Virus record (IMG/VR): IMGVR_UViG_3300025387_000027 | Coordinates: 1 to 45,362 of that record | Length of the DNA stretch: 45,362 nucleotides | Reading direction: 5' to 3' (one strand) | Source: a virus | Taxonomy: Duplodnaviria > Caudoviricetes | Shown here: one piece after another, positions 1 through 6,012 of the stretch | Layout: every line of letters begins with the position of its first letter | How positions within the stretch are numbered: position 1 is the first letter of the stretch | Position numbers and translations under genes: made by a program | The notes under the pieces: model-generated | What the model was told of the DNA's origin: nothing | Databases searched by the model: none | The model's input: only the letters and a program-made list of their open reading frames with translations

Positions 1-2
1 AC

Positions 3-293
3 TATTCAGAACTTGTTCAGAGATTGCGTGGCAAAAAATTAAACTGCACTTGTGCCGCTAAGTCAGCCAGTGAATGTTGTTGCGATACAGGTTGGCCTGA
101 GAGCTTCTGCAATGAAGCCGCCGACGCCATTGAGCTTTTACAGCGCGAACTAAAGTGCGCGAATGAACTATGGGAGCAGCAAAAGGAACTGGCTTTGGAA
201 TATTTGGCTGACATAGAACTAAACGAGGAAAATAAACGCATCGCTGAAATAGAAGCGATTGCAGAACAGCGTTTTAATAAAAATTGGCGCTAA
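3..293 (+). CDS. Hypothetical phage protein, 5' truncated by the window edge
   Basis: Frame is open from base 3 (YSELVQRLRGKK...), with a Cys cluster and a coiled-coil-like EAADAIELLQRE segment typical of small phage early proteins; stop at 291-293. Confidence 0.65.
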   Translation, partial: YSELVQRLRGKKLNCTCAAKSASECCCDTGWPESFCNEAADAIELLQRELKCANELWEQQKELALEYLADIELNEENKRIAEIEAIAEQRFNKNWR

Positions 294-719
294 TTATACC
301 GAACGGTAAATATAACACCTTTTGCATAAAAAAGGGTGATATTTTTACTGAGCGGTAAATATTCTAAATCCAACATAAATGAGAATTATGTCAGATCGGA
401 CATAAAGCGGCAGATTGGCAGTAAAAGGCTCGCTAATTGGTAGTCAAAACATACCCAATTTTCTGACACTTTGACATACGGCAAAATGTCGTCGCAATCG
501 ACACGTTTTACAAATATGTCGCAAATGTCGGCTTCCTGCGACATATCTGGCAGATATGGATCATAAGTGACTCACAAAAAGGGATTGTGATCCATAAATA
601 AACAATACTTTACTTATCGTGATAAACCCTACACCTAAGTAAAAAATAGTTTATGTTTTGTCACTTACGCTAAGTCAGACTGTAGTTAGTAAATTATAAT
701 TAAACCTAAGAGTAAAAAC
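294..719. repeat. Non-coding array of overlapping inverted repeats/palindromes
   Basis: At least 12 dyads read directly, e.g. TACCG-AA-CGGTA 297-308, TTATGTCAGA/TCGGACATAA 386-405, ATATGTCGCA-N13-TGCGACATAT 514-546, CATATCTG-G-CAGATATG 542-558, TATGGATCA-N24-TGATCCATA 555-596; no ORF of 60 aa or more. Confidence 0.85.
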
Positions 720-956
720 TTATTGCTTGCCTCCCTGTATGCTGGACAGGTCGCCTTGTGGCAGCGTTTTAAATGAACGCCTAATAGCATCCAACATAAG
801 GACGCCTTTAGCCTTCAGCTCTGGATCTTTAATATGATCCAGCAAAGCTATACCGCGCCAGGTAGCTTCTGCTCTGGCTGCTACAGGATCTAGCGGCGGC
901 TCATCGTATTCAGGTGTCTCGATGTCAGAGAAGTCGTCATCGTCATCGTCTCTCAT
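720..956 (-). CDS. Hypothetical protein with acidic N-terminus
   Basis: 78 aa ORF overlapping the upstream gene, co-oriented with the late operon. Confidence 0.7.
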   Translation of the reverse strand: MRDDDDDDFSDIETPEYDEPPLDPVAARAEATWRGIALLDHIKDPELKAKGVLMLDAIRRSFKTLPQGDLSSIQGGKQ

Positions 957-1146
957 AACGCTTTTCCTTTGACTTAAAAGGCATGACTGGCTCGCCGCCT
1001 TTTTTCCATTCCATCAATACTGAATGATGGTTGTGGGGAGGGCCGAGGTCTGATGGACTTTCCCATCCAACCTCAAACGCTTTATTCACCCATGAAAAAG
1101 GAACATACAAAAAGATTCGATCATTGTGAGGATTGTTGTCTTGCAT
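943..1146 (-). CDS. Hypothetical protein
   Basis: 67 aa ORF starting immediately after the stop of the phosphoesterase gene. Confidence 0.65.
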   Translation of the reverse strand: MQDNNPHNDRIFLYVPFSWVNKAFEVGWESPSDLGPPHNHHSVLMEWKKGGEPVMPFKSKEKRYERR

Positions 1147-2448
1147 TTATGCCTCGAAAATACTTACCCAAGGAACGCTTTCTTCCGTGTCAGGATCTTC
1201 GACGAACACCTCGCGGTGCATTGTCTTGCCCCAACGAGGATGGACAAACCATAAAGACTGAGAAGGAACAGAAGGGGGAGCGCGAAGAGACTTTTGAGCA
1301 TATTCGTCCCATCCTTTCAGCGTGTTGTTGACGATGACACGCGGCAGCCAAAGCGTCTGATGCCAATGGCCGCAAAGCAAGATGTCGTAATCCCTGCCTA
1401 TGACTGATTGCTGGCGACCGACTTTCATTTCCCCACGGCTAATAGGCCCAATGCTTCCTATGATGCCATCGCCGCCTTTTGCGCCCATCATGTCGCCGTG
1501 CATGGCAAGATAGCGCTGGCTGAATATGCGGTAATAAACTTCATTGCTGTCAGGAATGTCGAAGACGATTTCTTTACGTCCAGCAAAATGCCGAGCGAGA
1601 AGCTGATAGATCAGCCAGTCGAAATTCTTGAAGACGTAACGCTTGAACTCTGGCTTGTGCGTAGTGCGCCCATGATTGCCAGCAGTGCAGGGGCAATAGA
1701 CATGGCCAAAGGCTTTAATCATTTCCTCAAGGCAGGTGATAAGCGTGTCACGGCATGTCAGCGCTGCCGGTATGACCTCTTCATCATCTGTAGCTTTGAG
1801 TTCTGGGTGCAGCCCCCCTGACACCATATCGCCCAATATATTAACAACAATCCCAGGATAGCGACCTGGCCCATGGTTAATACATAGGTCAATAGTCCTT
1901 TCAACAAGCCGCTTAGCGCGCTTAAGAAAGATGTCTTTGGAATACTCATTGACATGATTTGTCTCCGATAGGCTGACGTTTTCGCCGCAATGCCAATCTG
2001 ACCAAATCGTAACAGGAACTTCAGGCTCAGAGCCTTTAGTGCTTTTAGTATTCAACAGCCATTTTGGCGGTTCTGCTGGTGCAGCAACTATGCCACCAAG
2101 AATTTCCCTAATTGCGTCATCGTCTAATGAGCCAAGATGTGCGTCTTTTAAGCGGCGTTTAAGCTCGCCATTCTCCGCACGGAGAGCGGTAATAATTCTA
2201 GGATCTGAATTTTCAGTATCAACATACAGGCTCCAGTCTGGTTCAATGTTATGTTGTGTTTTGACTTGAGCAAGCATCCTCTGAATAGTTTGGCGATGAA
2301 CGCCTCTCTGATTAGCCACCTGCGCAATAGAGGATCTTTGATGGCTTACGGCTTTAATATGAGGAGGAAGACATCCATCACGTAGAAATTGTTCTATGGA
2401 CGCGATTAATTGCTTGGCTTCCGCCTTGCTAATTTTTTCATCCTTCAT
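1147..2448 (-). CDS. Calcineurin-like metallophosphoesterase with probable N-terminal HTH and coiled coil
   Basis: All five family motifs present: SDWHCG, LGDMV, GNHGR, MHGD, GHWH; N-terminal SIAQVANQRGVHRQTIQRML is HTH-like. Confidence 0.88.
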   Translation of the reverse strand: MKDEKISKAEAKQLIASIEQFLRDGCLPPHIKAVSHQRSSIAQVANQRGVHRQTIQRMLAQVKTQHNIEPDWSLYVDTENSDPRIITALRAENGELKRRLKDAHLGSLDDDAIREILGGIVAAPAEPPKWLLNTKSTKGSEPEVPVTIWSDWHCGENVSLSETNHVNEYSKDIFLKRAKRLVERTIDLCINHGPGRYPGIVVNILGDMVSGGLHPELKATDDEEVIPAALTCRDTLITCLEEMIKAFGHVYCPCTAGNHGRTTHKPEFKRYVFKNFDWLIYQLLARHFAGRKEIVFDIPDSNEVYYRIFSQRYLAMHGDMMGAKGGDGIIGSIGPISRGEMKVGRQQSVIGRDYDILLCGHWHQTLWLPRVIVNNTLKGWDEYAQKSLRAPPSVPSQSLWFVHPRWGKTMHREVFVEDPDTEESVPWVSIFEA

Positions 2449-2456
2449 AACCGCCT

Positions 2457-2693
2457 CTATTTCTCAGAGTTCGGAGGACGGATGAAATGCCACCATTTAT
2501 GGATGATCTGACTTGTTAGCCAAAGGCAGCCAAGAATAGGCAACCAAAGGGCTGCTGAGTCTGAAGTCTCTTTGAGACCAGGAAATGCAGGGCTGATAAT
2601 AGCTACTCCTGAAATGATTGCTGTAACTTTTTCGTTTGTTGTCTCAAACAAACTGGTCAAAATTTCCCAAATTGTTGGTTCATGATTTGTCAT
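2457..2693 (-). CDS. Small membrane protein, holin-like
   Basis: Two hydrophobic segments, last gene of the lysis cassette, 4-nt overlap with the o-spanin gene. Confidence 0.55.
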   Translation of the reverse strand: MTNHEPTIWEILTSLFETTNEKVTAIISGVAIISPAFPGLKETSDSAALWLPILGCLWLTSQIIHKWWHFIRPPNSEK

Positions 2694-2938
2694 TTGACTG
2701 CGCCTTTTTTGGTAGAAATCCAGCCGCAGTTGAGCGCAATCCCAACGGCATTATGTTCTCGTATCTGCGCGATTGTTGGCGGCGTGTCATGCCGCGAATA
2801 ATAAATAGCCCTTGCTGCCTGACAGAAGGAAATTCCGCTAGTCACGGAGGAAGGGGTCGTCGATTGGCAACCTGTCAGGATGAGCGGCAATGTCAGCACG
2901 AACAGCTTCACGCGCTGCAATAGCAAGTTGCGCATCAT
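2690..2938 (-). CDS. Outer-membrane spanin (Rz1-like lipoprotein)
   Basis: Lipobox LTGC after a hydrophobic leader, further Cys residues, overlaps the 3' end of the i-spanin gene in another frame. Confidence 0.8.
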   Translation of the reverse strand: MMRNLLLQRVKLFVLTLPLILTGCQSTTPSSVTSGISFCQAARAIYYSRHDTPPTIAQIREHNAVGIALNCGWISTKKGAVK

Positions 2939-3086
2939 GAATTTGCCTTTTCAAATCTTCCAATTGTTGTGTAGCGATCCCTGACTGCACAAGATCTTGC
3001 TCATGCAGCCAGGTAACAAAGCTCACATAGGCATTCGCTAGTTGACTAAATAGCGAAATTAATGCGGCTATAACCGTAGCGTTCAT
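2838..3086 (-). CDS. Inner-membrane spanin (Rz-like)
   Basis: N-terminal hydrophobic helix, coiled coil, C-terminal DDPFLRD; overlapped by a lipoprotein gene. Confidence 0.7.
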   Translation of the reverse strand: MNATVIAALISLFSQLANAYVSFVTWLHEQDLVQSGIATQQLEDLKRQIHDAQLAIAAREAVRADIAAHPDRLPIDDPFLRD

Positions 3087-3271
3087 TTAGAAGGCGTGTC
3101 AGGAATTGCGATTTGGATAATGCCTGTAACCAAAACGCCAAGAGTAGGGATTAGAGCGCCAATTTCAGTAGCGTGAGGGAGAAAAGCTAATCCGGCGATA
3201 AGCTTTCCAATTCCGCCCCAAGTTGAACTTTCTTTAAGGCGAGCAATAATCCATGGATAGATCGTATTCAT
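3083..3271 (-). CDS. Putative holin
   Basis: ARLKESSTWGG followed by two hydrophobic helices; GGAG RBS; lies between endolysin and spanins. Confidence 0.7.
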   Translation of the reverse strand: MNTIYPWIIARLKESSTWGGIGKLIAGLAFLPHATEIGALIPTLGVLVTGIIQIAIPDTPSK

Positions 3272-3280
3272 TTTAATCTC

Positions 3281-3382
3281 CTAGTTACAGTTTTCAGGTT
3301 GAACAAACGTGCAGTCGGCAATGTATTTTGCCGGTGTGCAGGCGGTTAAAAACAGCATAGAGGCGAGTAATATGCGGATCAT
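3281..3382 (-). CDS. 33-aa lipoprotein (below ORF-track cutoff)
   Basis: Hand translation MIRILLASMLFLTACTPAKYIADCTFVQPENCN; lipobox LTAC; ATGA overlap with the endolysin stop. Confidence 0.7.
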   Translation of the reverse strand: MIRILLASMLFLTACTPAKYIADCTFVQPENCN

Positions 3383-3852
3383 TTTACTCTCGCTGCTTGC
3401 AGGTGCATGGCGTCTACACGACTCCAGCGACCACCCCACGTCCAACCTTCATCTAAGAAGGCTTGGATGAGAGGATTGTCTTCTTGGAAAAAATGCTTTT
3501 TGCTTCCAAGCTGATTGTGTGGCGCGTCAAAATCGACAGCCAATCCAAAGGAGTGCATGGAGATCATTTTTAATCCACGCGCTTGGCGTATGACCCAATC
3601 ACCTGAAAACTGATCTGCATGAATTGACGCGATCTTGTCAGGATCTTTACCTGACCAATCCCAGACATGATTTAAAATGCGTGTCAGGCTGTCAGATGCG
3701 ATCTTATTGATCTTAATGTAGGGAATATGCAGTGGCCCCATGTGTAGCTGCCAAGGGCAGTTGACATGAACAATGTGCGTATTGCCCCATCCTGGAGCAT
3801 ATGGATTGCCAAATTTGCCAAGGCATTCTGATTGAAGCGGCCAAGTATTCAT
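3379..3852 (-). CDS. Endolysin, peptidase M15 family
   Basis: Zn-binding SMHSFGLAVD (SxHxxGxAxD), WTWGGRW and DAMHLQ (DxxH). Confidence 0.9.
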   Translation of the reverse strand: MNTWPLQSECLGKFGNPYAPGWGNTHIVHVNCPWQLHMGPLHIPYIKINKIASDSLTRILNHVWDWSGKDPDKIASIHADQFSGDWVIRQARGLKMISMHSFGLAVDFDAPHNQLGSKKHFFQEDNPLIQAFLDEGWTWGGRWSRVDAMHLQAARVK

Positions 3853-4362
3853 TTACACATACCTTCTGTATGCTCGCTCAACACGACCAAACGGCGATCC
3901 GCTGTTATGGCAACGCATGAGCTGAGCTGATGTTCTGGCACCTTTAGCGATGCAAGCTTCCATGTGCGCAACGCCAGCAGCAATGCCGCCAGCACAAGTG
4001 CGAGCTGACGCACGGCTGACACCAAATCGTTCTGGGTGCATGACCTGAAAGACGCCTGTTGCGCCGCTGCGATTAACAGCCCCACAGCGACCGCCTGACT
4101 CAATACGAGCGATTTGAAGGGCAGTTGATACCCATTCAGAGCCAATTCGCGCTGACACATGGTCAGCAATCATTTGATTAACGCCTGAGTTTGTATCTAT
4201 ATGGATACGTCGTCCGTGCTTACGGCTGACGTATTGTGGTTCAATTGTTTGTTGACCAAATGCTTCTTCAAAAAAATCAGATATTGGATCGACAGAAGCA
4301 GAAGCAGGAGTTGAAACAAGCGCCGTCAAGCTGGCGATAACCAGTATAAACTTTTTCATCAT
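3853..4362 (-). CDS. Lytic transglycosylase (SLT-like) with signal peptide
   Basis: IARIESGG catalytic Glu motif, GATGVFQVM motif; N-terminal MKKFILVIASLTALVSTPASA leader. Confidence 0.85.
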   Translation of the reverse strand: MMKKFILVIASLTALVSTPASASVDPISDFFEEAFGQQTIEPQYVSRKHGRRIHIDTNSGVNQMIADHVSARIGSEWVSTALQIARIESGGRCGAVNRSGATGVFQVMHPERFGVSRASARTCAGGIAAGVAHMEACIAKGARTSAQLMRCHNSGSPFGRVERAYRRYV

Positions 4363-4380
4363 GCTCTATGGGTTGCGGCT

Positions 4381-4458
4381 CTATGGCCGCAGGAACACGT
4401 CCAGCACCCAGGAGCCTATGAATGTGGCGACCATGAAAACAATTGTTAATCTAATCAT
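4381..4458 (-). CDS. 25-aa single-TM peptide
   Basis: Hand translation MIRLTIVFMVATFIGSWVLDVFLRP with upstream GAGGGTG RBS. Confidence 0.45.
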   Translation of the reverse strand: MIRLTIVFMVATFIGSWVLDVFLRP

Positions 4459-4486
4459 AGTCACCCTCACGCTTTCGCGTTGAGTC

Positions 4487-4603
4487 TCATTGGATTTCTT
4501 GGATAATTATTATGACAATTTCTGCTAAAAACTTGCCGCAAATAAGCGCCATTCCAAAATTCATTAAACGCTTGATTAATTCCACATGATCTGGGTGCAT
4601 CAT
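4487..4603 (-). CDS. Small membrane protein
   Basis: MMHPDHVELIKRLMNFGMALICGKFLAEIVIIIIQEIQ; start moved to 4603 to avoid overlap with the upstream gene. Confidence 0.5.
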   Translation of the reverse strand: MMHPDHVELIKRLMNFGMALICGKFLAEIVIIIIQEIQ

Positions 4604-4613
4604 GGCAATTAAT

Positions 4614-5438
4614 TTAATTGCCAGTGCAGGTATAATTGACTGGAACGGCAGATGGCGGCGTTGCTGAAAAATGTATTCTAAAACCTTGGCTATAAGGTAA
4701 AGCCGTAGCGCCGTTGTATGCTTGTTCAATATACATTGCTACTGAGCCTAATGAAATTGCTGGCGTTAATGAACAATAAGCGTAGTTTGGATATGGCGTA
4801 GTAAACTTAACGCTGCAAGTTGTTGGAGTGCCTGATAATTTAATCTGACCGCCTTGATTGCTGCTGCCTGCGGCAATTGTCGCGCCAGTTCCACATTCTG
4901 TGGCTGATAAAGTATTTGGAAATATAGGCGAACTTGCTTTAACTAGAACATATTTTTCTGCGGCAATAATACCAGGCTGAGACGCCGTATTGGTTGTAGC
5001 GTATGCGTTAGACGTTGCAAAACTTGATGCGACAATCGTTGATGAAAATGTTTGAGAAAGATCCCATGTATTAGAAGTGCTTAATAAAGGAATAGTCGCG
5101 CCTGCAGTGCCTAAATTGTAGGTTGCGGAAGTGCCTACAACCGTTGTCGCCCCTGACTTAAAAGTAACGCCATTTGTTTTAGTGCAAATAATATTTGTTC
5201 CTGTTGTTACACAATCACCAGTGATGCCTGGATTTGCTGTTCCTGTCCATGTTCCACCAGAAGTAATTGTTCCAATAGGATACCATTGCGTTCCAATGTG
5301 TATTCCGACTTGATATGGACTGACAGTTCTGTTCATTCCCCATTCTACAGTTGTGGCATTGCTTGAATCAGGCCAAGATTGAGCTGATGCAGAAAGTGGA
5401 AATAAAACAAATGCTGCAAGAATATTCAATATTTTCAT
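4614..5438 (-). CDS. Fibre-like protein with Sec signal peptide, paralogue of 19195-20523
   Basis: Leader MKILNILAAFVLFPLSASA; Thr/Ser/Gly-rich body; shares WG..SPY..G..WYP.GT..S.GTW and a 4-Cys C-terminal domain with the 442-aa protein. Confidence 0.7.
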   Translation of the reverse strand: MKILNILAAFVLFPLSASAQSWPDSSNATTVEWGMNRTVSPYQVGIHIGTQWYPIGTITSGGTWTGTANPGITGDCVTTGTNIICTKTNGVTFKSGATTVVGTSATYNLGTAGATIPLLSTSNTWDLSQTFSSTIVASSFATSNAYATTNTASQPGIIAAEKYVLVKASSPIFPNTLSATECGTGATIAAGSSNQGGQIKLSGTPTTCSVKFTTPYPNYAYCSLTPAISLGSVAMYIEQAYNGATALPYSQGFRIHFSATPPSAVPVNYTCTGN

Positions 5439-5713
5439 CGTGGTAAGGCTCCTGCAGCAACTATTAACGCAGCCATTTGAAGATCTGTGTAACCAAGCGT
5501 CGATTTGATAAAATTATACAGGTCGTCGCCTTGACTAAACCAAATGCCATTTGTCCATTCGACATTAACGGTGCTGGTTACGTCTGCATTAATTGCGTCT
5601 GACACTTGCTGCATAAGTGATTGAGCAATAAGCGCTCTTTTAATTTGACCAACGGTGACTGTGCTTAATCCGAACGTAGGGTCATAATCATTTATCTGAT
5701 CGGTTATTGTCAT
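5435..5713 (-). CDS. Small helical protein resembling tail-fibre-associated (chaperone-like) domains
   Basis: VTVGQIKRAL...VEW...STLGYTDLQMAALIVAA aligns by eye with the N-terminus of 18292-19176 and the C-terminus of 30312-30749. Confidence 0.6.
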   Translation of the reverse strand: MTITDQINDYDPTFGLSTVTVGQIKRALIAQSLMQQVSDAINADVTSTVNVEWTNGIWFSQGDDLYNFIKSTLGYTDLQMAALIVAAGALPR

Positions 5714-5757
5714 TTAGATAACCTTGCGCTAAGATTCCATTATCAATGGAGTCAATC

Positions 5758-6012
5758 ATGATTAAAAAAACTGTGTTTGTAATGACGCTGCTTGTGTCAG
5801 CGCCTTCGGTTGCTTGTGACGAACATTCCGCTTTTGATTATCTCAAGACAGATCCAGTGGCGGCAGCAATTGATCGCCAGACAATTGAATTAGAACGGCA
5901 GCAAAGACTTAGAACTGCTGAAGAAATTTATCGTGATCCCTACGGCGACTCTATTAATAGCCTAAACAACACCATGCAGCTTCAAAATACGATCTTAATG
6001 CCGCCGCGCTAA
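5758..6012 (+). CDS. Exported hypothetical protein, moron-like
   Basis: GGAG RBS before ATG 5758, leader MIKKTVFVMTLLVSAPSVA; fills an otherwise empty gap on the strand opposite the late operon. Confidence 0.7.
   Translation: MIKKTVFVMTLLVSAPSVACDEHSAFDYLKTDPVAAAIDRQTIELERQQRLRTAEEIYRDPYGDSINSLNNTMQLQNTILMPPR

Noticed and set aside
294-719. CRISPR array or tRNA cluster
   Set aside because: No constant direct repeat with regular spacers, and no cloverleaf with T-loop/D-loop consensus
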